A stretch of 64,000 bases of DNA from Auanema rhodensis (Eukaryota > Animalia > Nematoda), in contig OZ059895.1 of NCBI GenBank assembly GCA_964057225.1, positions 10,850,001-10,914,000 of the forward strand. Reading direction: 5' to 3'. Shown in pieces: positions 50,429 through 64,000 of the stretch. Positions within the stretch are counted from its first letter, which is position 1. The number at the start of each line of letters is the position of its first letter. Made by a program: the position numbers and the translations under genes. The notes beneath the pieces were generated by a model. The model searched no databases, was not told where the DNA came from, and was given only the letters and a program-made list of their open reading frames with translations.

Positions 50429-50656
50429 TACTTCAGTTGATTACTGACAAGGAAAATTTGAAACAAAGGTTATATAGAACCGCCGGAGAAATAAATTCCG
50501 AAGAACACTGTGTTAAAGGTTATATAGAACCGCCGGAGAAATGAATTCCGAAGAACTTGTAGAAAATCCGAGTTGACAAGAAATCACTTGTCAGGAAACA
50601 ATAAGACAATAAAAATATCGCTAAATCTGAAATATCCATTGAGGAAGGCTAAAATA

Positions 50657-53600
50657 ATGTCCTCCGCTCAAAGATATATTCTCCAAATGGGGAGAGAATT
50701 AGAATTTTTGAATAAACTGAATTCTAAAGTTGAAAACTATAAGAAAATGTTCGATTACTCTGAATTGTCTGAGCCGGTAAATCAAATAATTGCGCAAGAG
50801 AATGAATGTGCAAGAGTTAAAAATTACTTGAATATTTTGGAGAATAAACTCCAATCAATTGAAACCATTGAAATTAATTTTCAAAGAGTTCGTGAGCTTT
50901 TAGAAGAAGAGCTCCAAAAAGAATTAAACAAAAAATTTACGAAAATCGAAGAAGGTGAAAAAGGAGACATCCGTGGCAATGCCACGTTAATAATACTGGA
51001 ATTAAATGACAAATTGATATTCTTAAAAAATCTCATTGATAAAAACAAAGAAAAAATCAAAGATATGGAAATACAACTCGAATTACAACAACTTCGGGAA
51101 AGAGTTGAATATACAGAAGAAAAAGAATATGAAAATTGTACAAACGAGGTACAAGAAAAACAAAACAGTTTACCCGATCAGGTAGTGCATGATCAGCATG
51201 TTAATGAAGTAAGACTGATTAACCAAATACTGCAAAGACCCGTATTAAAAACTCCAACCTTTGACCTTGACCAATCATTGAACATATTTCGGCGCAAGTA
51301 AAACTACTACAGATGACTGAAAACACTGAATCACTGTATCTCACTAACAATGAAAAAAGTAAAAATCCAGATGGTGATCAAACTAAAAAACAATTTCGAA
51401 TGAATGAAGTTAAAGATTTGAAACAAAGAAGGAATTGCGTTTTTTGCGCGAACAATTCACACAATAGCCATATGTGTCCTGTTGAAACAACGGAAAAAAG
51501 GAAAATTTTAAGAGAAAAAAGGCTATGTTATGTATGCTTTGCAGACAATCATCAAAGCAAAAACTGCACATGGCCAAAGTTTGAATGCAACAGCTGTCAT
51601 GATGATCACAACATTTCAGTTTGTTACCAAAATAAAAGAAATCAGAATAGAAATGGAGTCATCACCAACATTTCTTTACAAAGGGGTAATGATGAAGAAA
51701 AGACTAGAAATAATCAAACAATCGTTCCCAAGAAAGCACATGAAGAACCCACAAGTTTAACCACAATTGTTGGTAATCATGACGTAGAAAAAGGACAAAT
51801 AATTTTACGAACAGCAAAAGCAAATTTGTTCAATTACAATAGCGATAGCTATGAAAAAGTTAACATTATTTTCGATGATTGTTCTCAACGTTCTTTTATC
51901 AGAGAAGATCTAGCAAAAAGGATGAAACTACCAGTTAAATCCAAACAAAGAAAAACATTTCATGGTATTGGAGGAATGAAACATTCTCATGTTTCAAGTA
52001 TAGTTAACACAATATTCTATACTAAAGAGAAAAATTTAATTGTAACTGAAATGCTCACTAAACCGAAAATCAGTTCCCACATATATAGTCCTTATCTTTC
52101 AAGAAAGGATTTGAGTTTCATTAAAGAAAACAATATTATATTAGCCAATACCGATACAAATGGGGAAGTTTTTAAACCGGATGTTTTGATTGGACAAGAT
52201 AGATTAAAATTGTTTGTAAAAGACAATGAAGAATTCAGACTTCCCTCTGATCTTTTATGTAAAGGATCTGTATTTGGAACTCTTATAAATGGAGAAACTA
52301 AACTTGAAAAAATTGTAACTCTGTGTAGCATTGAAGAGGAACAAAGTCATGAACCACCTCCAGAAACAAAACTGAAAGAACTTTTCCTTATCGATACTAT
52401 TGGAATAAGCACTATCGTAGATAACAATGCAGAAGCAGAGAATTATCTTAAAGAATATAGTAAAGAACTATCCATTAAAGCCGGGAGAATTGAAGCACCG
52501 TTTCCATTTAAAAATTATTTGAATAAATTGAAAAATAATAAATGGCCAGCTTTTCATAGATTTATGACATTATGGAGAAATCTACACTCTAATAAAGAAC
52601 AACTAGAATGGTATAAAAAATTAATAAATGAATACATTCAAAAGGGAATTATCGAGCCAATTGTTGATGAATCAGCCGAAGATGGATTTTTCTTACCACA
52701 TCATGGAGTGTGGAGAAAAGAAAAAGCTCGACCTTTAAGAATCGTGTTTGATGCTTCAGCAAAACAAAAAAATAGTCCATCGTTGAACCAAGTTATGCAT
52801 TCAGGCCAAACATTTATTCACAAAATTCATGATATATTAATAAAATGTAGAAAAAGTCCAATAATAATAACCTGCGACATTGAGTCAGCATTTTTACAAA
52901 TAAGTATTAAAGAAGAGCACAGAAAATATTGTAAATTTTTTTGGATTAGAAACGAAAATGAATCGGTAAATAAATATAACGTCATGACATACCAATTCAA
53001 ACCGCTACCATTTGGTATAACAGCGTCCCCGGGTATATTAAGCATAAGCTTAGCTTGGTACCTCAATAATCATACCGACCCCTACGCTAATCACTTGCTT
53101 GATTCCTTATATGTTGACAATATAATTTTATAAGCAAATAGTGTTGAAGAAGCTAAGATAAAATGCGAAAAAGCCAAGAAAATCCTACAAGGCATTTCTA
53201 TGAATTTAAGAGAATTTATCAGCAACAATCCAAAAGTTACTGAAGATATGAACAATAAAGACAAATACCCACATAATACTACCAAAATTTTGGGTTTAAA
53301 TTATGATACAAATTTAGATTTATTCGTTCTTATACTTAAATTAAAGAAATTTGAAATAAACACGCACAGGAACATGTTAAGTCAAATACATTCAATATTT
53401 GATCCATTAGGTATGGCAAGCCCATTGATTTTACCATTAAAATTACTACTAAGAGAATCAAGTGATCAATTCAAGGGTTGGGATGTAGAATTACCCAAAG
53501 AAATAACACATAAATGGAATTTAGCCATAAATGAATTATTAAATGAAAAGGAATTGAGACTTGAAAGAAAGTTAAACCTGAATGACTCTATATTATGGGT

Positions 53601-54499
53601 ATTTACTGATGCTAGTAAACTAGCTATTGCTGCCTGCACATACATTGAAACCAATGGTAAAATAAGCCAACTTGTAAGCAGAAAGTCGAAAATTGCAAAG
53701 AAGGGAAATCTGACTATCCCAAGACTAGAACTCATCGCCATAGTATTAGGTATTATGCTAGCTGATAATATCACATCTACAACCAATCATCTTGAAACTG
53801 TACACGTAGCCAGTGACAGTAAGGTAGCCTTACATTGGATAGCTAACCATCAGAAAACTTTACCATCATATGTAGGCTGTCGTGTCGACAATGTAAGGAA
53901 GTATATAGATAAATTGAAGAAAAATAACATTAAAAACAAACTTTTTCATGTGAATGGTGATTATAACCCAGCCGATATTGGTTCTCGAGGAGCTTGTCTC
54001 CAAGAACTAAGTGATTCTATGTGGATTAAAAGACCACAATGGTTAACCCAAACAAAATCACACATTGAAGAAACTGAATATGAGCCTATTTGGAATATAA
54101 CAACCTTGATCGATACCGTTGAACAACAACAAATAACACAAATACCAGTTGAAGATATATTCAAATTACGTAGCAACAACTATGCCTTACTGAAAACTAT
54201 AGTTAAATTAAGTAAATTCTTGAGACATTGGATCATAAAAGTACATCCCACAGCTATAACAAGGTTAAATAAGGTAATGCAATTAGATGAAAACTGGCAA
54301 ACTACAGCTAATGATATTGAGATTATAACCAAACTACTAATAAGTAAAGCACAACAGCATGTAACAATAGATCTCCTCACGAAAAAACATGAAGGTTTTG
54401 TATTTTTTCTCGATGAAGAAATAATCAGAGTTCGTAGTAGATTGAACAACTCGGAATTACCGTTTGAAACTCAAAATCCCATATATCTTCCAAGGGATT
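50657..54499 (+). pseudogene. BEL gag-pol with gag deletion (~51265), stop at 53131 and insertion at 54500
   Basis: ORFs 50573-51301, 51313-53133, 53200-54501. Confidence 0.9.
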
Positions 54500-56099
54500 A
54501 GTAGAGAGTCATGCCGAATTTACTAACCACGCCCCCAAACAGTTGCTAAAAACATACTTTTGAAGGCGTCAGCTGCTAAAAACATACTTTTGGGGGCGTC
54601 AGCTGTCAAAATCATATTTTCGGCGTCAGCTGTCAAAAATATACTTTTCCTCCCGAGTCAGGCTCTCGAGCCTGCGCATGGATCAAAATGCATGATTTTT
54701 CTGTTCATAGATTGTGTTTATTATAGTTTATAATTATTAATTTAACTTTTAAAAAGTTTGTTGTTTATCTGGGCGAACCATTTTGTTCACCGTACCTCTT
54801 ATGGGTAAATCAATGGAACACATATCGAAAGTTAATTCGATAAGAACGATATGAAATACAAAAGTTAATGGAACACATATCGAAGGTTAAAAACAGGTGC
54901 ACTGACTACAGCACAAGTACTCATAACGCTAAAGAATACTTACTATGCCAAGGGATCATGGGTATATACTTTTTAGTATCAAAAATGTTAATGGAACACA
55001 TATCGAATATCAATTCGATAAGATTGGTGAAACAGATACGTTGACCTACAATGAACCAAATGGCAAAGCACTTGTTCATTAAAGTATAACAAATAGCTGT
55101 ATAGCATATGCATCAAGATTTCTAATATTCTCAAACTACGTGGAAAGAAGAGTATATAGAAAAATTTTTAGTGTGTATATTACTATTATTCTAATACCCT
55201 AACTCAAAGAACACATATCAAAGATTAATTCGATGAGATTGTTGAAACCGGTGCGCTGACCACAACAATACATGCGTATTTATTAACAACGGATTGGCAA
55301 CTGCCACTGTTGACAGCTGTAATATGATACAATGTTGAGTGTTGGCAACATTGTTACGTGACAATAAAACAACCGACTGTTCTTGCAATGAAGTGTAATA
55401 TAAATGTGTAAAATGAAATATGGATAACTACCTCTCGGAGTTTGCATAATTCTATTCTAACAAGATACAATGGCTGCTAATAGGTTGTGTTTTTTCCTTT
55501 TTTTTTTTTTTTTAATTAAAATATTTATTTTCAGTTAAAAGCGTGTATGTGAAGAGTTGGGGTTCGATTATGAGGAAATTTATCAACTCAGGTAATTTAA
55601 CAACATTTTTAAAATATACATCTTTGTTGTTTTTTTTTAGTAAGCGCATAAAGCTTACCGAGAGTGGTGGTGTTGAGCTCTGTGACCCCACAATAACCAC
55701 TTCCAATAGTGGTCCCTCGTCATCAAAGGTTATTGAAGTTATCACCTTGGATGACAGCGATAATGAGTAAGCTATCGTATAATGAAAAAGCATGAAATTT
55801 TTTTTTCAGAGAATGAAATCCCGAGATGCCATCAACTAGTGGAGAACAATTAGGAGGCGGTTCATCCTTCAACGATATTTGTCAAATAAAGGTACGAGCT
55901 TTTAACTTTTTTTTTTTCATGTTACAATTCTTTTCACTCTATATCTTTTATTTGATTACATATCTTGAACAATTTTGAATTCTGCCATCTATTTTTAAAC
56001 AAATCATCATACATTTGGAGGCTTTTTGAAAAATAAAATAAAATCTTATCCCAAATCCATGCCATAATATCATTAAATTAAATTTATTAAATTCTTAAT

Positions 56100-58050
56100 C
56101 ATTAAAATACACTTAAATTTAAATATTTTGATGCTCAAAAACTGAAACATTTAAATATTTTGTATCTTCTAAACCATTTCACTTCATCTCTTTTATTTAA
56201 TCCCATATTTTGAACAATTTTATAAATCTACTATCATTTAATTTTTATTTATTAAATTTTTAATCATTAAAATACACTTAAATTTAAATATTTTGATGCT
56301 CAAAAACTGACACATTTAAATATTTTGTTTTTTCTAAACCATTTAACTCCATCTATTTTAAACAATTTTATATTTCTACCACTATTTCATAATTTCATTT
56401 TTTAAATTTTTAATCATTTAAAAACATTTAAATTTCAATATTGTGATGCTCAAAAACTGAAACATGAAACAGATTTATATTTTCTAAGCCATTTCACTTC
56501 ATCTCTTTTATTTAATCATATATCTTGAACAAATTTAAATTTCTATCACTTTTTCATAATTTCGTTTATTAAATTTTTAATCATTAAAAAACATTTAAAT
56601 TTCAATATTGTGATGCTCAAAAACTGAAACATTTAAATATTTTGTATTTTCTAAACCATTTCACTTCATCTCTTTTATTTATATATATTTTAAACAATTT
56701 TATATCTCAAAAACTGAAACATTTAAATATTTTGGTATTTTTCTAATCGTTTTCTAATCGTTTAAAATTCAATAATCAATGTAAGATTATAAAATTATTA
56801 ATTCTAATTATTATTTTTTCTTTTACAGATGCGTTCTTATTCTAGCATGTCATCAAAACAATTGTTGAATAATATGGGTTACATTGCCATTTATACTGAT
56901 GAGTCAACTGTCAAGTCTTTTGGTTATAAGCAGAATGTGTTCTACTTTAAATTAAGTCAACAGGCGCTCAAGTTGAATATGCTTATCCGTTTCGATCCAT
57001 CGTTTTGACTACAACAAGCACAAACTGTTTAATGGACAGTTGGTTGATTTTGTTATGTTATATTTAAATTTTCTTAGCCGTAACATTTTTTTTCCCAGCT
57101 TTTGAAGTTTGAAATTATCCATCAACAGCCGACTCTCAAACCAACTGGTAAGCATTGAAAATTTAAATATTAATCAGTTTATAATAATAGGTTATATCAT
57201 TGTCTTGGCTTTTATGTTTTGCTGGTTTTTTATTGTTACAATATGAACGATTGATCAAATAAATCATTTATTATTAATACAATTGTTTACAACAACAGTG
57301 AAAAATTATACATTTGAATTTTCTGCATCTATCCATTCATTAAAGTTGTCGGGATAGCCACTCCATTTTACAAATACTTGGCGTTTACCATTTCGTGTAC
57401 GCTCTTTCAAAACTTTCTCAATATAGTACTGGTTGCTTTTAATAGTAGCCAACACACGTTCAGGCTCATAGAATATTCCCTTTATACGTTCACCATTATA
57501 ATCTACAAGTTTATACACGGTTAAATTTAAATATTTTGATGCGCAAAAACAGAAACATTTAAATATTTTGTTTTTTCTAAACCATTTCACTCCATCTATT
57601 TTAAACAATTTTATATTTCTACCACTATTTCATAATTTCATTTTTTAAATTTTTAATCATTAAAAAACATTTAAATTTCAATATTGTGATGCTCAAAAAC
57701 TGAAACATGAAACAGATTTATATTTTCTAAGCCATTTCACTTCATCTCTTTTATTTAATCATATATCTTGAACAAATTTAAATTTCTATCACTTTTTCAT
57801 AATTTCGTTTATTAAATTTTTAATCATTAAAAAACATTTAAATTTCAATATTGTGATGCTCAAAAACTGAAACATTTAAATATTTTGTATTTTCTAAACC
57901 ATTTCACTTCATCTCTTTTATTTATATATATTTTAAACAATTTTATAATTCTACTATTATTTAATTTTTATTTATTAAATTTTTAAACATTAAAAAAAAA
58001 TTGATGCTCAAAAACTGAAACATTTAAATATTTTGGTATTTTTCTAATCG
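56100..58050. repeat. AT-rich minisatellite in pPolB intron 4
   Basis: GATGCTCAAAAACTGAAACATTTAAATATTTTG repeated at ~160-180-bp spacing; block 56278-56757 duplicated from 57521. Confidence 0.8.
56765..57522 (-). pseudogene. Inverted copy of Maverick right arm (integrase chromodomain end plus last exon of cargo gene)
   Basis: Reverse-complement homolog of ~24181-24925. Confidence 0.9.
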
Positions 58051-61000
58051 TTTTGAAACAAACTAAACATATATTTGAAACCATTTCAATTAAATAAAAA
58101 ATAACGACTATAAGAAACAAAGAGACATAATAATTTTAAGCAAAAGATGAAACAATTCATATATATTCTTGAAACTATAAACTTTTAAAATTAAAAATAA
58201 AAAAAGCATGTAAACTGTTATAAATGTTGTTTATTATAGTGGTCACACCGGCGCATAAAACGCACCGGTCGTTTTACCAACGTGGTCGTTTGATCGCTCA
58301 CGTTCCCACACTTGGAAAATGTTGATGAACCAATGCATGTTATCATGCCGCGGTTATTCAACGAATTCCTTGATCGTTGTCTTGCTGAAAGCAGTGTGCC
58401 TGATAAGCAAAAAGCCTTATTTTGTTTATCAATTGAGCACCCTTCTTTTGAAAAGGGCTCCATATTAATGGACTTTCGTAGAAGGGAGCATCTGGATGGC
58501 GTAGCCATTATGAATGCCATCAGCAAGGTGCAGCAATCAAAACGAGAGGTTGTAATCAGCCAGGCAATGAATATTGAGATGTATGTGTTTGATGAAAGGC
58601 CAACGCAGCCAAGCCTGATGCCTGGTGAAGGTAGAGTCGGGTTTTATTTTGACCCCGAACTCAAAATACCTGGAACCATTGCCAACACTGACTCACATTG
58701 TCTGGCTAGATCAGCAGTTGTGGGACTGTGGAAAGCTGACGAGCTGGCCACTGAAGATGGCTATGAGAAGCGAAGGCTGCAAAACCTTTGTCGCAATTAC
58801 ATCTTATTGCCAAATCAGCCACACCATATCAATTTATTAAATAGGTGTGGCATTTCCGAAAATTTACCAAATTATAATTTAATTCATTTAAACATTATTG
58901 CCAGCTGTAATACAAACTATAAGTTTGTAGTATATGCTAGACCGCCTGGACAGCGTATGTACACTATCCAGAAAATATTTAATGAAGCGGCTAGCAAATT
59001 GGTAACACTAGGTTACCGAAATAATCACTATGATTGTATTACAGCTGGTAGTCGTTCGAAAATTTTTGACGGTATTATATGTCAACACTGTAAGTTATCT
59101 TACAATACAGTGTTGCAGAGATGTAAAACCAAATGTAGAAAATGCCACACCTATAATTGTAATGCGATGGGGAATGTGGTTGAGAGTAGCGTGAGGTGTG
59201 ATAGTTGTAGAGTTTTGTTTAAAACTCAACAATGCTTCGATAGGCATTTGCGCAAAGCCTGCCGAAAATTCAAGGTATTTTGTGAAAATTTAAAGTTGTA
59301 CATAACAAGCTTAAATTCAGACATGTGTGGCGTGTGATCACTATCACATGGTCCGTGCTGATAGACCGCACAATTGCAATGAGAAATTTTGCAAAAAGTG
59401 TGGGCAAACAAAGCCTGAAGATCATTCTTGTTGTTGGGTTCCACCTAACGACAAGAAGAAGGCTCAACTAAAAAAGAAGCAAGAAAAGTTCAAGGTTTGT
59501 AATTGTTATCTTTACAAATGTAATGCTTTCTTGTTTAAGCTCATATTTTATGACTTTGAAACAGTTGTGTTAAAAAACGGCACAAATGTTCATGAATATG
59601 CAGATGAACAATGGCCCAATATGGTTGTGTATAACAAATTTTGTGAAAGTTGTATAGATGCCAATACCTGTGAGAAATGCACAACCAAGGAGGGTCATTT
59701 TTTTCAACTTTTCTGAGAATGATAATGCAATTTTGATTGCGCACAACGGGTCGCGCTTTGACATACATTTCTTGGTGTCTAGGCTGATAAACCGTGGAAT
59801 ATATCCTGACCCTATTTTAAATGGGACCAAGATTATTAGCATGGTTGTCAAGCCTTTAAGAGGTCAAAACATTAACCATTTATGTTTTAAAGATAGTTAT
59901 TTACTAGTGCCTTTACCCTTATCAGCGTTACCCAAGGCATTTGGTGTACCTGATATGAGTAAAGGACAATTCCCATACCTCTTTAACCACCCAATAAATT
60001 ATGGCAAAGTGCTACCATCCTTGCCACCAAAGCATCACTATTGTACTGCTAGAATGAAAGCAGAAGACCTAGCTTCATTCAATATTTGGTATGAGGAGCG
60101 TAATCAAAGTGTGTTTGATTTTGATGAGGAGCTTCTGGAATATTGTAGGACAGATGTCCGTATTTTAACCAACTGTAGGAAAGTGTACATGAAGTTGGCC
60201 ACCGCCACCACTGGCTGGAATCCTGTCATACAATGCATGACATTTGCCAGTTTTTCTTTATTCCAGGCAAGTTTTCAAAAATGCAAGCATTGTTTAAAGC
60301 AATTGTGTTTCAGTTGAAGATGAACCACATTAAAAAAAATCAAGTGGGTTTTCTGCCTGAGACTGATTATTATGCCGGCCAGAAGCAGAGTATAATTGCC
60401 ATAAAATACATAAAATGGCTAGAACACGGATTAGGCCGCATATTAATGCATAAGCTTAATGGTGGTGAATTTGTTGTGAGAGTAGATGGCCAACGCTATC
60501 TACTTGATGCTTATGACAGTGTGGCTAATCACGGCTATGAGGTGAGTAATTTGTAATAGATGTAAAAAATGAAAAATTTTGTAGTTTAATGGCTGTATTT
60601 ATCATGGTTGCCCCCAGTGCACCAACAAGACTGCTATTGCACCAGGCAGAAATGGTGAAACAATGGAAGAGGTAACCAATACTTTTTTAATCATTTTAAG
60701 CTGAAACATTTAGGTATATGAAAAAACCATGAAAAGGCTTGAAGCTATTCAAAGCCAGGGCATTAGTGTAACCACTGTGTGGGAACACGAAATTACTGTT
60801 CAAATGTCATCAAATGAGCAAATGGCAAATTTTATGAAGGACACTGAGGTTGTAACTCGATTGGCACCTCGAGATGCCTTCACCGGCGGCCGAACTCAAA
60901 CATATAAGCTTCTGGCCCAAGCTTCGGATAGATACTCACTAGAGTATGTGGACTTTTGTTCACTTTATTCATATGTAACGGCATTTGATGCCTATTACCC

Positions 61001-61787
61001 TGTGGGTAATCCTAAAGTGATTACTGAGGGCTTTGAGAGTTTTGAGGCATGCTGCCCATACAAGGGCCTTGTGAAATGTGACGTGCTTGCACCCACAAAT
61101 TTGTTGTATCCTGTATTAGGAACACGCATAGGCGGTAAATTAATTTTTACAAACTGCCGCACATGTGCAAACAGAGGCAAAAATGTAACATGCCCGCACC
61201 AAGATGATGAAGACGCTCGAAAGCTGCATCTGACTGTAACGCATGTAGAGCTCGAATGTGCCATACAGCGTGGCTACAAAGTGCTTCATGTTTATGAGGT
61301 TTGGCACTGGGATGAATGGCAGCAAGGAGGCCTATTCAAGGATTTTGTACAAAAGTACATAAAAATTAAGCAAGAGGCATCGGGCTGGCCTAAGCCAAAT
61401 ATGACAGAGGCTGAAAAGGTATGTGTCATGAAAAGTATGGCATTAAATAACATTTTACAGCTAAAATATCTTTAAGAGCACGAGGAGAACACTGGTGTTG
61501 CCGGAGAGAGCAACAAAATTGAAAAGAATGCGGCCATGCGTAGCATTGCCAAACTACAGCTGAATAGGTATGTAAACTTTTAAAAATAAAAATTTACAAA
61601 TTTGCTTATAGTGTATGGGGTAAAATGGGTCAAAGACCGGATAAAGCCCAAACCAAGATTATTGGTGTTGAGGATCCTGAAATTGGTAGGATCATAACTG
61701 ATCCTGCAAGGGAACTCACGGGCTTCAAAATTGTGGACGATGTGGCGTACTGTACAACAGTGCCAGAAGACTCACACTTGGCACCAG

Positions 61788-62561
61788 ACGCTTATGAGGT
61801 TTTGTTGTTTTGCGTCGTCGCCGCTTGCCCAAACCGGTAAGATCTCTTATAGCCTGCCGGCCGGTTGTTTTAAGAGTTTGCTTGATATTATCGCCCTTGA
61901 GCACCCCATCAACAATTTCATTGCTAGTTTTTAGCAATTGGCCGCCAAGAGGTGAATTTACAACTGGACTATTGCTTACAGCACTGGATAATGCATTCCT
62001 TCCAGCATTGATGAGATTTTGGGCTGTAGGTGATTGAATAATGCGTGGTAAAAACGATGCCAAAGTTGCCAGTATACCACCCAGTCCATGACCTCTCTGC
62101 ATACCACGTTGAAACATCATTCCACTAAATGGCGCCCCACCCATTTGTTAATTCAAAAGTGTTGTCCATTGAATTGAGTTCAAGTCTAGAAGGAGCTGTG
62201 GCATATTGAACCGCACGTGCGCAATAAAAAAGTTACACTAGATCATTTTACTAAATGTATTCGTCTGAAATAGCGTCACTATTGCGATCTGTCCGCATCA
62301 CTCGAAAACTATTCCTCGGTGTATTTAGCGCCGATACTCTACCCAAAACACGTCGAAAGAACTTTGCACTTGTTGTAAATACTGACACACACGATAAACC
62401 GGGCACACATTGGCAAGTCATCTTTGTACGTAATGATCAAGCCTACTATTTCTGTAGCTTGGGATATAAAATGAACAAGTACATTCGTCATTATCTGGCC
62501 AAATATAAAAATGTAAAAGTTAATACTTGCAAACCACAACGCATAATTGAATACACTTGTG
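61788..62561. pseudogene. Displaced copy of core-protein gene (minus) and 5' part of protease (plus) inside pPolB
   Basis: Homologous to ~19160-19940; flanked by 46-bp direct repeat. Confidence 0.9.
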
Positions 62562-63220
62562 GTGGCGTACTGTACAACAGTGCCAGAAGACTCACACTTG
62601 GCACCAGCGCCATTTACAAATGTAGCCATAGCGGCTTATACAACCGCTCATGCAAGGCTACTATTGTATAAGGCAATGGAGAAAATTGGAAAGAACTTGG
62701 TGCATACAGGTAATTTCATACTTTGTATACAATTTAACCGTACATCATTTAGACACCGATTCTCTAATTTATTTAAAATGCCTCGATCAGCCTGATTCAA
62801 TTGAGGATATGAAGGGTGAATGGTTGGGTAAACTAACTTCAGAAATACCCGATGGTTGGTCAATGACCAAATTTGTTTCACCAGCTGCAAAAGTGTATAG
62901 TTATGAGCTAGTAAATGCAGCTGGTCATGTCAAGTATATCACCAAGGCAAAGGGAGTGGTAAGTATAAAAATATATTATTGAGAAACTTTTTAAAATTAC
63001 AGACGTTGGACCACACGGCAGCCACCGTGGTAAACTATTAAAGTATGGAGCGATTGGTTCAAGGACTCGTGATGGATGGAGAAAAATTGGTTTTAAAAAC
63101 CAAAACAACGTTATTAAAGAGGCAGCTTAGTTCCATATCCACGATGGACATGACAAAGAGTACCAAGGTCGTAATGGATAAACTTTGTTATCTAGACGAT
63201 TTTAGTACTTTACCCTATGG

Positions 63221-64000
63221 TTATTGTGAATAATTTTCAATATATTTGAATTTATAAATTTTATTATTGTCAAATAACTCGGACGAGTGTACAGTCGGTG
63301 AAATATCAAATACAAAAAATGTGTAGCCAGCTTTATACATTGCTGGTGTAATACCATTGGATGAATCTGTACGACCAAAGCCCAAACTCTCCAAGATGTC
63401 AATATATGCTGTGGCATAGGAAGAACGCCATTCTAAATTATAAGGGCGGGTAGGTATTACCCGATTGTTGAGCGTCAAGTATATATTTTTCAATTCAAAC
63501 GGTTTAAAGTTGAATGGCGAATGTTTAAAAGTACCATTATAGGCGTGTGCGCCGACAAGACCTACTACAACACGTTTCGGTGTATGCGACGTGAATAATA
63601 TGTTATTGGGTGAATCCAAACGGCCTCCTTCTATGAAATAAGATCGCATTTTCACTGACGTCATGGGGTAGTGTATTCGTTCCTTTACAAGTTTATCTTC
63701 TATAGCCATAGCTAATCCAGCGTTTAAATCAAACTCTTGAATAAGCAAGTGCACATCGTTGATATCTATTTTCAGGTTTGGAAACTCCTCCTTCATTGCA
63801 GCATCCTTGCTTTCATTATTCCATCCAAGTGTGTCAATTAAGAAATTATCACGGTTCGGATATGCAGTTAGCTCCATTTTTGAATAGTTTACAAACAGTC
63901 GTTCCTGATTGAATAAGTCGATATTGATGGGAGCAGCTATCTTACACAATATGCCATTTTTAACAAGCCCTTGTCGCGCTCTAAAGCCAGGACTGGCTGC
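63221..64000 (-). CDS. Major capsid protein, C-terminal half (3' end apparently deleted)
   Basis: DLFNQERL, YPM...PKRVVVGLV, NGTFKHSPFNFKPF, Y..GYTFFVFD motifs of Maverick MCP. Confidence 0.85.
   Translation of the reverse strand, partial: AASPGFRARQGLVKNGILCKIAAPINIDLFNQERLFVNYSKMELTAYPNRDNFLIDTLGWNNESKDAAMKEEFPNLKIDINDVHLLIQEFDLNAGLAMAIEDKLVKERIHYPMTSVKMRSYFIEGGRLDSPNNILFTSHTPKRVVVGLVGAHAYNGTFKHSPFNFKPFELKNIYLTLNNRVIPTRPYNLEWRSSYATAYIDILESLGFGRTDSSNGITPAMYKAGYTFFVFDISPTVHSSELFDNNKIYKFKYIENYSQ

Larger units (their letters stand above)
50073..54499 (+). mobile_element. BEL/Pao LTR retrotransposon C (5' part), interrupted by Maverick 2
   Basis: 5' LTR, PBS, gag with three zinc knuckles, protease-like IIFDDCS, RT RIVFDAS/LPFG/YVDN, RNase H FTDAS, NPADIGSRG. 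Confidence 0.95.
55470..63233 (+). pseudogene. pPolB of Maverick 2, intron-rich, disrupted
   Basis: Same exon/intron positions as copy 1; stops near 58291 and 61473, deletion near 59700, insertion 61788-62561; C-terminus TLPYGY retained. Confidence 0.92.
54500..64000 (+). mobile_element. Maverick/Polinton copy 2 (left part, rearranged, continues beyond window)
   Basis: AGTAGAGAG terminus and CAGCTG repeats homologous to copy 1; pPolB; MCP. Confidence 0.95.

Noticed and set aside
57306-57608. Stand-alone chromodomain gene
   Set aside because: N-terminus is minisatellite read-through; remainder is the displaced integrase end

Overview
AT-rich nematode-type eukaryotic DNA (5S rRNA close to the C. 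elegans sequence; ~40-47-nt spliceosomal introns). It is a degenerating 5S rDNA locus filled with nested mobile elements. 1-12535: higher-order satellite made of a 246-bp half-5S monomer plus a captured fragment encoding a membrane-protein C-terminus and an LTR-like tail. 12536-26728: near-complete but inactivated Maverick/Polinton with ~800-bp TIRs, a 13-intron pPolB, MCP remnant, core protein, protease, C2H2 protein, penton, ATPase, integrase-chromodomain, and a spliced cargo gene carrying a D-box, CDK sites and a Cys cluster. 27441-32637 and 40513-45673: two 5'-truncated BEL/Pao elements, each with a spliced zinc-knuckle accessory gene behind its own TATA box. 32638-37814: 5S rDNA array (6 full genes, 4 internally deleted units). 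37815-40512 and 45954-49700: unassigned inserts, the second with a SET-domain pseudogene. 50073-54499: third BEL/Pao element inserted in a 5S gene and interrupted at 54500 by a second, rearranged Maverick that runs off the window. All calls are by manual reading; no database searches were run.
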